A DNA stretch of 64,000 nt from positions 18,692 through 82,691 of the forward strand of contig JAIOOW010000002.1 of NCBI GenBank assembly GCA_021414205.1, in the 5' to 3' direction. Every line of letters begins with the position of its first letter. Positions within the stretch are counted from its first letter, which is position 1. Under the pieces are notes generated by a model. The model was not told where the DNA came from, did no database searches, and was given only the letters and a program-made list of their open reading frames with translations. Made by a program: the position numbers and the translations under genes. Of this stretch, positions 20,313 through 29,281 are shown in pieces. This DNA is from Candidatus Anderseniibacteriota bacterium (lineage in GTDB: Bacteria > Patescibacteriota > Andersenbacteria > UBA10190).

Positions 20313-22136
20313 ATGTGTGGCATTGCGGGCAAAGTATCGTTAGGAATGCGGAACGTCACAAATTCTGAAATTTCGGCAATGACAGATGCAATAGCTCACC
20401 GAGGGCCAGATGATACAGGTGCATATATTTCCCCAAATCGCAAAGTAGGGCTTGGTCATAGGAGGCTCTCCATTATCGACCTTTCTTCTGCCGGCCATCA
20501 GCCCATGCGATATATGGATCGTTATGAAATTGTATTTAATGGCGAGATATACAACTTCCAAGAAGAGAAAACGAAACTAGAAAAAGATGGCTATGTATTT
20601 TATTCGCATACGGATACGGAAGTTATCTTGGCGCTATACGATAAATATAAAGAGGATTGCGTTCAATATTTGCGGGGCATGTTCGCCTTTGCTATTTACG
20701 ATGAGCAAGATAACACCATATTCTGCACTCGTGACCGTGTTGGGCAAAAGCCATTTAAGTACTATCAAGACGAGAGCGTTTTTATATTCGGATCGGAATT
20801 AAAAACAATACTAACTCAGTCGGAATACAATAAGGAGCCAGACCGAGAAGCAATCATTGATTTCCTAGTACTGCAATACACCCCTGGAACTACAACTGGT
20901 TTTAAGCATATTAAAAAATTATTGCCAGGACACACCCTTTTGCTTGATATTAAGCAAAAGAAAACAAAAATAACGCCCTATTGGAATCTTCAATATGCAG
21001 AGAATCTCTCGCTTTCGCAGCAAGCATGGGAAGATAGTATTGCCAGCATGCTTCAAGAATCCGTCGCGGAGCAAATGATTTCTGATGTGCCCGTTGGCGC
21101 CATGCTTTCAGGGGGAATCGATTCTTCTATTATTGTTTCGCTCATGACACAGCAGTCCTCAAAACAAATAAATACATTTTCAGTTGGGTTTGAAGGAGAA
21201 CAAGTAAGCGAGCTTCCATACGCGAAAAAAATTGCGGAAAAATTCAACACGAGTCATCACGAATTACATATCAAGCCTACGAGCATAGATATTCTTCAGC
21301 AGCTTGTGCATGTAATGGAGGAGCCTTTCGGAGATCATGGGGCGCTCCCTACGCTTCTTATTAGCAAGCTTATGAAAGAGCATGTCACAGTAGCATTAAA
21401 CGGCGATGGCGGAGACGAAAATTTTGCAGGGTACGATCGATACACCGCATATAAGCTATCAAATATTCTTTCTCCGTATAATAGCCTTGCGCGAAGCGTC
21501 GCGCGCGCAATCCCAGTTGTATCAAAAACTGAACGATTGCACCGATTTATTGCGTCTTTGTCATATTCCCCAGAGCGAAGATATCTCGAATATATTTGCT
21601 ATATTTCTCCTCAAACTATGGACAGGTCATCCATTGAATCTATATCTCATGCATTTACATCGGAAAAATCTGCTGATTGGCTCAGCAAACTATTGTCCGC
21701 AGATCTTCATACCTACCTTCCAGGAGCCCTGCTTCCAAAAGTTGATATGGCTACTATGGCTTATTCCCTAGAAGCTCGTTCCCCGTTTTTCGATCATCGA
21801 TTTATGGAAATGGCAGCGAGTATTCCGTCTTCGCTGAAAATAAAAGGCTTGAATAACAGGAAATATATTCTCAAATCAGCTTTTAAAGATAGCATTCCAG
21901 AAGAAATTCTTCATAGAAAAAAGAGGGGCTTTAGCGTGCCCCTCGAGGCGTGGTTCCAAGATGATCTCCTGGCTTTTGCAATATCCCTCCTCAGCTCGCC
22001 CGCTACACGCTCAGCAGGATATATTTCTCATGAAAAAATACAGCATATACTTACAACCCATGCTCGGCACGGCAGCCAAGGCAGACAATTATGGATTCTC
22101 CTCATGCTTGAGCTGTGGCTTCGCGAGTTTTTCTAG
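20313..22136 (+). CDS. asnB: Asparagine synthase (glutamine-hydrolysing) family amidotransferase, probably glycan-amidating
   Basis: N-terminal 'MCGIAG' Ntn cysteine, 'HRGPD', 'FNGEIYN', 'LSGGIDSS', 'GDGGDE'. Confidence 0.92.
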   Translation: MCGIAGKVSLGMRNVTNSEISAMTDAIAHRGPDDTGAYISPNRKVGLGHRRLSIIDLSSAGHQPMRYMDRYEIVFNGEIYNFQEEKTKLEKDGYVFYSHTDTEVILALYDKYKEDCVQYLRGMFAFAIYDEQDNTIFCTRDRVGQKPFKYYQDESVFIFGSELKTILTQSEYNKEPDREAIIDFLVLQYTPGTTTGFKHIKKLLPGHTLLLDIKQKKTKITPYWNLQYAENLSLSQQAWEDSIASMLQESVAEQMISDVPVGAMLSGGIDSSIIVSLMTQQSSKQINTFSVGFEGEQVSELPYAKKIAEKFNTSHHELHIKPTSIDILQQLVHVMEEPFGDHGALPTLLISKLMKEHVTVALNGDGGDENFAGYDRYTAYKLSNILSPYNSLARSVARAIPVVSKTERLHRFIASLSYSPERRYLEYICYISPQTMDRSSIESISHAFTSEKSADWLSKLLSADLHTYLPGALLPKVDMATMAYSLEARSPFFDHRFMEMAASIPSSLKIKGLNNRKYILKSAFKDSIPEEILHRKKRGFSVPLEAWFQDDLLAFAISLLSSPATRSAGYISHEKIQHILTTHARHGSQGRQLWILLMLELWLREFF

Positions 22137-23352
22137 ATTCAACACGAATACTGTCCAGTAGCGCACGCAATGACCCATGTATCGGTCGCATGCCGGAAGT
22201 CGAAACATATTCTCCTCGTAGCGCTCGCTGAACAATAGCATCTCCGAATCTTTTATCAACAATTTCTCCTGATCGTTTTTTACCCGTAAGTATTACAGCG
22301 ATGGACGCCCCGGTTCTTAATAGTGTGTCTCTCGTAAAAGAAATAATCATCACCCAAGCATATTCATGCTCGATGCGTTCGGAAGTATTGCGAAAAAGAT
22401 CCCATAATACATTTACTGCATATTGATACATGATTCGAATTTCCGCAAAAGAATATGCAATACGCATTTGCGCAATTTCCCCCATGAGCATGGCCGTGCG
22501 ATATAATTTTTTACTTGTAAGGTGCGAGTCAATATACTCGCGGATGCGAACATTCTCTACATCATCTCGAAAAAACCATAGGGTGCATATCCGATGCATT
22601 GCAAAATTATCCTGACAATCCATTGCGCTTCGCACTGTCTCTGGTTGGACTGCCAAATAATTCTTAAAAGAAAACATGGATCGATCAGGGCTAATTCTTG
22701 GCCGATAATCAAATCGCGTAATAGCTTTTACTGCAGTTGTAACGCCTACACGAAGGTGGAGTTCATCAATACTATCGGCAATTCTGTAATTCATGTATCT
22801 ATCAGGCAACGTTGTTTGATATGCGTTTTCATTTCGAAAAATCTCCCTTATAACGACTGTGCTATACAGCGTATAGTTTGAATCTGTTAGCGCAAAATAT
22901 TCGAGATATATGGATTCTTCCGGGCTGAGCACATGCACATCAGAAGTAGGCATAAATAGCAGCTGAAGGCGATGCTCTAAGTGAACAATAAGTGAAGCAT
23001 AGGAAATGGAAGCTAGGTAATGCTTATGTATTTGCTCAACAGCAGATTCAATGAAATCTGGGTAATAGATATTGTCGTCATCTAAACGTACAAAATATTC
23101 TCCTTTTACATACGAGAATGCAGCATTCCAATTTTCAACCATCGGTAAGTCCGTATTCGATACATGATATTCTACGCGAGGATCTTGGATAAGGTCATCA
23201 ATATATTCTTTTGTACCATCGGAAGAATTATTGTCATGAACGATGATCTGTAAATTTTTATATGTTTGCTGAACGACGGACCGAAGTGCGTCTTGAAGAA
23301 ATTCTTTTCGATTGCGCGTCGGAATAACGACAGAAACGAGTGGGGGTGTCAT
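22102..23352 (-). CDS. GT2 glycosyltransferase
   Basis: 'SVVIPTRNR', 'DNNSSDGT', 'RLDDD'; C-terminal half is atypical. Confidence 0.8.
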   Translation of the reverse strand: MTPPLVSVVIPTRNRKEFLQDALRSVVQQTYKNLQIIVHDNNSSDGTKEYIDDLIQDPRVEYHVSNTDLPMVENWNAAFSYVKGEYFVRLDDDNIYYPDFIESAVEQIHKHYLASISYASLIVHLEHRLQLLFMPTSDVHVLSPEESIYLEYFALTDSNYTLYSTVVIREIFRNENAYQTTLPDRYMNYRIADSIDELHLRVGVTTAVKAITRFDYRPRISPDRSMFSFKNYLAVQPETVRSAMDCQDNFAMHRICTLWFFRDDVENVRIREYIDSHLTSKKLYRTAMLMGEIAQMRIAYSFAEIRIMYQYAVNVLWDLFRNTSERIEHEYAWVMIISFTRDTLLRTGASIAVILTGKKRSGEIVDKRFGDAIVQRALRGEYVSTSGMRPIHGSLRALLDSIRVESRKTREATAQA

Positions 23353-24476
23353 TCCAGTATTGTAACGTCAGGGTTAATGGTAAGCAGCTGCTGCAAAATT
23401 TCTTCTCGATAGGCACCGACCTTTAACACAACCCCTATATTCTTTTTTCCCCTGATAACTTCTGGCTTGTATACCGTAAATGGAGTGCCATACAACCTCT
23501 TACCTTCTTTTATTGGAGAATTATCGAGAATGCCTACAACTTTTGTTTTATCCAGCCCAACTTCAAATAAGTATTGAGAAAAAATATGCCCACCAAATAC
23601 ATACACCTCATCCAAGCTATCCATTTGAGAGCTCAATAGAGTAATCAAATCTTTGTAATACTCAACAAAGTCCATGAACAATTTTTTATACTCAGTATAT
23701 TTGCTTTCAAGCTGTACAGCCTTTTGAGGTGTTGCCGTTTTTTCTGTCGTATAAAAAAAGCTATGATCTTTGTATGCATGCTTATCTATGATGCGGAATC
23801 CGTATTCAGCAAGCAGATAATCTACAAAGTAATCGGTGAGCAACATCGTATGCTCAAAATTCAACGAGGAGAGGTTTTTATTCGCCATCCACAAAGTCAA
23901 GTTCGGATATGCAAAGACAAGCTTATCTCCTTCTTTTAGATACGAAGCAATTGATTCTATAAATTCTCGCGGATCATATGCATGTTCCCATGTATGAGAA
24001 AACACCACCATATCGTATGAATCTTCGCTTTTAAAATTCTTATCAAAAAAACCTTTCATGATCGAAATATGATCATTCCCAGCATGTAGTGGATTCGGCT
24101 CAATAATTGTCCAATGACTATCCTGATTTTTCTCGATGAATTTTTCAGCAATAGCCCCCTGACCTCCGCCAATCTCTAAAACATTTTTTGGCTTATGAGC
24201 CGTAACATAATCCGCAAATACCTGGTAAAACGTTTGCCACGTAGAACCCGTCCCATCCATATGCTGAGCTTGATAGAGCAAGTCGGGCGGAACGAGTTCA
24301 GTTAGCTGAATAATTCCAGATTCCGGACAGATTGCCCAATTCATATCTACGCGAATATCTTCTTTCGGATCCGTATCGACGCACCCAAAAAATACGGGGA
24401 AGTTTTTATACTGATACAGGGGTTCTAGGTTTTCTTTTCCAGTAATAATGCTTTTATTTCGCTCAATGAGTTTCAT
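23349..24476 (-). CDS. SAM-dependent methyltransferase (NDP-sugar methyltransferase-like architecture)
   Basis: 'VLEIGGGQG', 'SHTWEH', 'FEH', C-terminal 'ILDNSPIKEGKRLYGT'. Confidence 0.8.
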   Translation of the reverse strand: MKLIERNKSIITGKENLEPLYQYKNFPVFFGCVDTDPKEDIRVDMNWAICPESGIIQLTELVPPDLLYQAQHMDGTGSTWQTFYQVFADYVTAHKPKNVLEIGGGQGAIAEKFIEKNQDSHWTIIEPNPLHAGNDHISIMKGFFDKNFKSEDSYDMVVFSHTWEHAYDPREFIESIASYLKEGDKLVFAYPNLTLWMANKNLSSLNFEHTMLLTDYFVDYLLAEYGFRIIDKHAYKDHSFFYTTEKTATPQKAVQLESKYTEYKKLFMDFVEYYKDLITLLSSQMDSLDEVYVFGGHIFSQYLFEVGLDKTKVVGILDNSPIKEGKRLYGTPFTVYKPEVIRGKKNIGVVLKVGAYREEILQQLLTINPDVTILE

Positions 24477-24988
24477 ACTGTAAATTTATGGGTAAATAAA
24501 TCGAATGGCTCAAAAAATGTTTCAAGAATATGGAGACACGCCTCGGCAACTGCGCCTTCGCCCCCTCTTGCATTTGTCACAAAATCAGCTTGTTTCTTTG
24601 TTGCATAAAACGCATTAGCGGGCGCTATCGAGTAGGCAACGCGCTTAAACACGAGTGGGTCAAAGATGCCATCGCCCATATAAATAGTTTCGGACAAATC
24701 AAATCGCTTCTCTATCCACGCAACGCGGTCAAATGTGCTTACTAAATCAAGAGGTAAATGCATGTCGTCAGCTACTCTCCTCTTCGTAATAGCAAAACCA
24801 TTCTTGTCGCCCGATATAGCATGAAGCAAGAGCTTGTCTTTCAATAATGAAAGCGCATCGTTATCTTCTGGCCCAAATTTTTTCATTATCTTTCCTTCCG
24901 TGGTGTAGTAAAAAGTGCCATCAGTAAACACGCCATCGACGTCAAGAATGAAATTTTTAACTACCTTCTTTTGCATGGTGCTTTTCAT
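24473..24988 (-). CDS. KdsC-like HAD phosphatase
   Basis: 'ILDVDGVFTDG', 'YMGDGIFD', 'GGEGAVAE'. Confidence 0.85.
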   Translation of the reverse strand: MKSTMQKKVVKNFILDVDGVFTDGTFYYTTEGKIMKKFGPEDNDALSLLKDKLLLHAISGDKNGFAITKRRVADDMHLPLDLVSTFDRVAWIEKRFDLSETIYMGDGIFDPLVFKRVAYSIAPANAFYATKKQADFVTNARGGEGAVAEACLHILETFFEPFDLFTHKFTV

Positions 24989-26564
24989 TGTTTAATGCCC
25001 TAAATAGTTGCAATTTCCCGAAATAATAAAGGAATAAATCATACGGATGAGAGTGCAAGGGTGACATGTTTAACCATAAAATTGGAGTTAGTATGTCTAT
25101 CTTGCGAATATCCAATCCTCTTTCTATGATATATTGCTTTAAGATTTCTTGACACTCTACCAATCGCTCGCTTCGAAATATGTCGCATGTTACTACGTTT
25201 TTGTGCCGATCAATATTAAAATGACCGTAATTAATCATCTCGTGATTAATTACTAAGTTATGATTCAGCTTTGCGAGATCGTAATACATGTCGCCGCCTC
25301 GAATTAATCCTCCAAAATCTTGTCGCCAATCTAGAAGCGTATACCCTTTAGCAGTTTTAATAATATTGTCTGGAATAAAATCTCCGTGAAAAGAAGTCTG
25401 CTGAGTATCTGCAAGCCAATCAAAATCTACTTTTTTAAGTAGTGCCGCAAGTGACGGAACAGTTTCTCCATTAATGATGTTGGTACTATCTTTAATATTT
25501 CGTGTTTTTAAAAACTCCTGCGTGCGCTTTATTGTCTTTGTGTAATAAAAATCATAACAAATATCCTGAAAGCGCTTTGCAGAAACTTCTTTTTCGGGCT
25601 TCCAAACATTGCTAAACGCCCAATTCAGAAAATGAGGGAACGTTGCTGGAGTAATAACGGAAGCCAGCAGATCACCTTTTGCATATTTATACTTATAGAA
25701 ATGCGCTGTGGAACCCTCAATAGGAGGGACAAGCGAGCCAAGTGCACGAGCGCGTCGAACCCTATTTTTTGCAATAAGCGTATCGCTGAAGAATTTAACA
25801 ACGGAGGTTTTGAATAAATAAATAGATTCCGATGGCTTATCAAGAATATGGAATGAATCGTGAATCGCCTCTCGAGCTGCATTCAAGCTATCTACATTCC
25901 CTACGTCGTACCATGGATTAAACTCTATGCCGGTAAATACAGTGTCTCTCTCGAGCATTTGCTGCAGGATATCAACATCGCTCAGTGATTCATCTTCGGG
26001 ATTTGCTGCATATAAATCGATAGCACATTTCCAGAAAAGCTTATAATCGAATATCCCGACAAGACCGATGTGAAGATAGTCAGGGTTAAGATTCCCCTTT
26101 TCGGAAAAATACTGAATAACCCCATCAGCAATAGTAAATGATGCATATTGAGATGAATTTTCAGACACATATCCACCAGCCCAATTTTTTATAGGAAGAG
26201 GAATTTTTTGATGAACAATAGTGTCGGAAGCATGGTAAATAAACGGTTTCTGTAAATGCTTTTTTGCAGATAGCATGGAGTGGGCCAAGCTGCTCCCTTT
26301 TCCCGAATAGGTTTTCACAGGCACGAACGTTACGGAAATATTAGGATACACAAGAGAAATAAACTCTTTAACGTGTTCGCCGAAATGTCCGAGCGTGATT
26401 ACGAAATGAGTGTTCTTTGGGTACGACTCGATGATGTAGGAAAGAGCTGGCTTTCTTCCTATTTTCACTAATGCTTTATTCGTATATGTGGTGAGCTCTC
26501 CTAGCTTACTGCCTATTCCAGAGGTGGTAATCAATACAGTCAATTCCTGTTTTTGTTTTGGCAT
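24957..26564 (-). CDS. Nucleotidyltransferase fused to an APH/choline-kinase-like domain
   Basis: N-terminal 'TTSGIGSKLG...NKAL' and 'WYDVGN'; C-terminal kinase motifs 'HGDFIPDNII', 'LLDWR', 'YYDLAKL'. Confidence 0.82.
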   Translation of the reverse strand: MPKQKQELTVLITTSGIGSKLGELTTYTNKALVKIGRKPALSYIIESYPKNTHFVITLGHFGEHVKEFISLVYPNISVTFVPVKTYSGKGSSLAHSMLSAKKHLQKPFIYHASDTIVHQKIPLPIKNWAGGYVSENSSQYASFTIADGVIQYFSEKGNLNPDYLHIGLVGIFDYKLFWKCAIDLYAANPEDESLSDVDILQQMLERDTVFTGIEFNPWYDVGNVDSLNAAREAIHDSFHILDKPSESIYLFKTSVVKFFSDTLIAKNRVRRARALGSLVPPIEGSTAHFYKYKYAKGDLLASVITPATFPHFLNWAFSNVWKPEKEVSAKRFQDICYDFYYTKTIKRTQEFLKTRNIKDSTNIINGETVPSLAALLKKVDFDWLADTQQTSFHGDFIPDNIIKTAKGYTLLDWRQDFGGLIRGGDMYYDLAKLNHNLVINHEMINYGHFNIDRHKNVVTCDIFRSERLVECQEILKQYIIERGLDIRKIDILTPILWLNMSPLHSHPYDLFLYYFGKLQLFRALNNEKHHAKEGS

Positions 26565-26616
26565 GAAAAAAGTGTTACACGGAGGAAAATAATCTACAAG
26601 CCTCTCTGTGGGCATA

Positions 26617-26645
26617 TTGACATAAGCGTTCTTTTTTAGTATGCA
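26617..26645 (+). promoter_or_regulatory. Sigma70-type promoter for the Nudix-like gene
   Basis: TTGACA (26617-26622), 17 nt, TATGCA (26640-26645); imperfect -10. Confidence 0.5.
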
Positions 26646-26702
26646 TACGGAGCAAGGGGTCCCGATTGATCATTCGAAAACTTAAAATAAAAGAAAGTCA
26701 TC

Positions 26703-27227
26703 ATGACGCCAGAAAGAAGTGCGTTACTTGCAGAACTGTTGGAAGAGTTGCTGAAGTTCAAACGAGCAGGCAATAATATGCCTCCGGCCGTGTTTGAGGC
26801 ATCGCTTCCCCTTTTCCCACAACTGGTTATTGAATTCCTGGTGTTTCGAAGCACGCCGTCGGAACGAAAAATTGAAATTCTCTTGGTAGAGAGACCTTCC
26901 AATGTCGCATATCCAAATCAATGGCATTGCCCAGGAACGTTTGTGCGTCCTGGTGATGCGATGGATCGAGCGTTCGAACGAGCACGGATTGGCAAACTGG
27001 GCGGAGCGATAATTACGCAAATAGAATTTCTGACCAACCAACTCTACGTCGATCCTAATCGCAATGATGCGACTATTTTAAGAATGGTTTATACGGTTCA
27101 GATTGCCGAAGAAGATAATCCGCCCAAAGGCAAATTTTTCGAAATCTACCCGAATAATAACCTACCCGCGGAACTGGTATGGGAACAGCCCATGCTCATT
27201 GATCTTTTTCCAATTCCGAATAACTAG
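26703..27227 (+). CDS. Nudix-fold protein (GDP-mannose mannosyl hydrolase-like) with a degenerate Nudix box
   Basis: 'ILLVERP...WHCPGTFVRPGDAMDRAFER...KLG'; the glutamates of REUXEEXG are missing. Confidence 0.65.
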   Translation: MTPERSALLAELLEELLKFKRAGNNMPPAVFEASLPLFPQLVIEFLVFRSTPSERKIEILLVERPSNVAYPNQWHCPGTFVRPGDAMDRAFERARIGKLGGAIITQIEFLTNQLYVDPNRNDATILRMVYTVQIAEEDNPPKGKFFEIYPNNNLPAELVWEQPMLIDLFPIPNN

Positions 27228-27245
27228 TGAACCGGTCAAAAGTAA

Positions 27246-27287
27246 AACTCTACGAATGCAACTATGCGATCGTAGAGTTATTTTTTT
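27246..27287 (+). terminator. Rho-independent terminator after the Nudix-like gene
   Basis: AACTCTACGA...TCGTAGAGTT stem followed by A and T7. Confidence 0.75.
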
Positions 27288-27978
27288 GCAGATACTCTTC
27301 AGTTTTTGCCAATGCAGGAGGATTGCCGGTATCAAGCCAAACTGGAAATTGCACCAGGCGAATAGGGGTTGCATCTTGAAGCATAGGATTAAACGGAGAA
27401 GTATCGTTCATGGTTTGGTCATGAGGATTTGCTGCATATAAAGCTCTAAGATACTTCCAGTATGATTCGTAATTATTAATACCAAATAGACCGATTAATA
27501 CATTATGAGAATCACCCTCTTTTTTATCATTAATTCGGGTAATAATATTATCCATATCAGCCTGAATTGTTCGGTACTGACTCACATCACCGGGAATCGT
27601 ATGGCCAGCAATCCAATTTTTATCAGGAGCAGGTATAGCAGTATTAAGAACGACGGTATCGCATGCATGGAATATAAAAGGTTCTTGTAAATATGGTTCT
27701 GCTTGGAGCAAGGAGTATGCCAGACTGCTTCCATCGCCCTCATACTTATCTACATCAACAAACGTAATACTCCTGTCAGTGTAATGAGTTGTAAAGAAAT
27801 CCCGAACCTGATGAGCAAGATATCCAACAGTTATAACAAGTGGAATATCCGCGCTATATAAATCCAATATATACGAAATGGCAGGTTTCCCGGCAATAGG
27901 AACAAGAGCTTTGTTCGTATTCTTTGTAAGCGCTCCTAACCTAGAACCTGTTCCCGAAGTGGTAACAAGGACTTTCAT
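27262..27978 (-). CDS. Stand-alone sugar-phosphate nucleotidyltransferase (paralog of the N-terminal domain of 24957-26564)
   Basis: 'VLVTTSGTGSRLGALTKNTNKAL', 'GSSLAYSL', 'PFIFHACDT', 'WLDTGN'. Confidence 0.85.
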   Translation of the reverse strand: MKVLVTTSGTGSRLGALTKNTNKALVPIAGKPAISYILDLYSADIPLVITVGYLAHQVRDFFTTHYTDRSITFVDVDKYEGDGSSLAYSLLQAEPYLQEPFIFHACDTVVLNTAIPAPDKNWIAGHTIPGDVSQYRTIQADMDNIITRINDKKEGDSHNVLIGLFGINNYESYWKYLRALYAANPHDQTMNDTSPFNPMLQDATPIRLVQFPVWLDTGNPPALAKTEEYLQKNNSTIA

Positions 27979-27985
27979 AGATATA

Positions 27986-28648
27986 TTATAATAGCGTTTT
28001 TCTAAATGATTGTATTTTTTTGTCGAGTTGAGCAGGTGGTTGGAAGATAGTGCCCGTGCCACATACCAGCATGTTAGCCCCGGCTGCAACCATTTTATGA
28101 CCACTGTCTGGAGTTACTCCACCGTCTATTTCCAAGAAAATATCTTTTCCAGTTTCATCAATGCGTTTTCTTGCATCTGCAATCTTTTTCATCGTACCAG
28201 GAATAAGTTTATGCCCTACGATACCGGGGTTAATTGCCATCAACATCAATAAGTCCAAATCTTCAAGCACGTAGTCCAAGGTCGATAGCGACGTTCCGGG
28301 ATTTAAAGCGAGCCCTGCCTGAACACCAGCATTCTTAATCTTCATTACTGTACGATGAGGATGCATTAATGGCTCAATATGAGGAGTTATAATAGTTGCT
28401 CCAGCATCCACGAAATCTTGAATATATGGTTCCGGATTTTGAACCATCATATGTACTTCGATAGGAATGTTCGTTTTTGAACGTATTGCTTTTAAGTATT
28501 CGGGAAATAGCCCATATCGCGGAACAAACACCCCGTCCATCACGTCAAAATGAATGTAATCAATTTTTCCCTTTTTTAATGCGGCCAAATCTTTTTGGAG
28601 ATTAAGAGGATTTCCACAAATAATAGAAGCAGCTAGATTGCAGTGCAT
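27986..28648 (-). CDS. rpe: Ribulose-phosphate 3-epimerase family protein (Rpe/AlsE-like)
   Basis: 'HFDVMDGVFVP', 'VHMMV', 'ALNPGT', 'EIDGGV'. Confidence 0.85.
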   Translation of the reverse strand: MHCNLAASIICGNPLNLQKDLAALKKGKIDYIHFDVMDGVFVPRYGLFPEYLKAIRSKTNIPIEVHMMVQNPEPYIQDFVDAGATIITPHIEPLMHPHRTVMKIKNAGVQAGLALNPGTSLSTLDYVLEDLDLLMLMAINPGIVGHKLIPGTMKKIADARKRIDETGKDIFLEIDGGVTPDSGHKMVAAGANMLVCGTGTIFQPPAQLDKKIQSFRKTLL

Positions 28649-28650
28649 AG

Positions 28651-29241
28651 TTATTCTAAATTAGAATGACGAGCCCACATCGTGTCGTGCGTTTCATGCA
28701 TCTGCTCCATCAGCATAAGCACGAGGCAGTCAAATAAAATTCCGAGGCATTGCTCGTTTAATGTCGTCATCGGCTGAATAGAAGTGAATCCTTCAACTTG
28801 CTTTGTCTTAGATGGTGCTGGCAACAAAATAATAGCGTCTGCAAGCTTACCCATTCGCGAATCAGGGTTACCAGTAATAAGTGCAATTCGAGCCCCATTT
28901 TTATGGGCAATTTCTACAAGATCGTATATCGTCTGCGTTTCCCCTGACCCAGAAGCAACAATCAATAGATCGCCTTTTCCTAGTGCGGGTACCGTTGCAT
29001 CTCCAAGCATATGCACATGCTTGCCTAAGTGCGCCAATCGCATTGCAAAACCACGAACTGCCATGCCGACACGGCCAGCACCGCATGCGACGATCGTATT
29101 AGCATACTGAATCTCTCGTAAAAATTCTTCCGCTTCTTGTTGGTTAACTTTTCCTAATACCCATGAGATTTCGGCGAGGATCTGGAAAGAGGTTGTTTGT
29201 ATGTGAGTCTTTTGACTTCCTGCTGTTTCTGATTTGTTCAT
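28651..29241 (-). CDS. SIS-domain sugar-phosphate isomerase (6-phospho-3-hexuloisomerase/HxlB-like)
   Basis: 'GAGRVG...FAMRLAHLG', 'ASGSGET', 'QPMTTLNEQ', C-terminal 'HSNLE'. Confidence 0.85.
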   Translation of the reverse strand: MNKSETAGSQKTHIQTTSFQILAEISWVLGKVNQQEAEEFLREIQYANTIVACGAGRVGMAVRGFAMRLAHLGKHVHMLGDATVPALGKGDLLIVASGSGETQTIYDLVEIAHKNGARIALITGNPDSRMGKLADAIILLPAPSKTKQVEGFTSIQPMTTLNEQCLGILFDCLVLMLMEQMHETHDTMWARHSNLE

Positions 29242-29281
29242 ATGTGAAGCGTATCACTGGATATATGGCATGACAAACAAG

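Noticed and set aside
24473-24988. KdsC-like gene as evidence of Kdo/LPS synthesis
   Set aside because: No kdsA, kdsB or waaA nearby; KdsC-like HAD phosphatases act on various sugar phosphates.
28651-29241. HxlB-like gene as evidence of RuMP formaldehyde fixation
   Set aside because: No hexulose-6-phosphate synthase is adjacent and the context is glycan biosynthesis.
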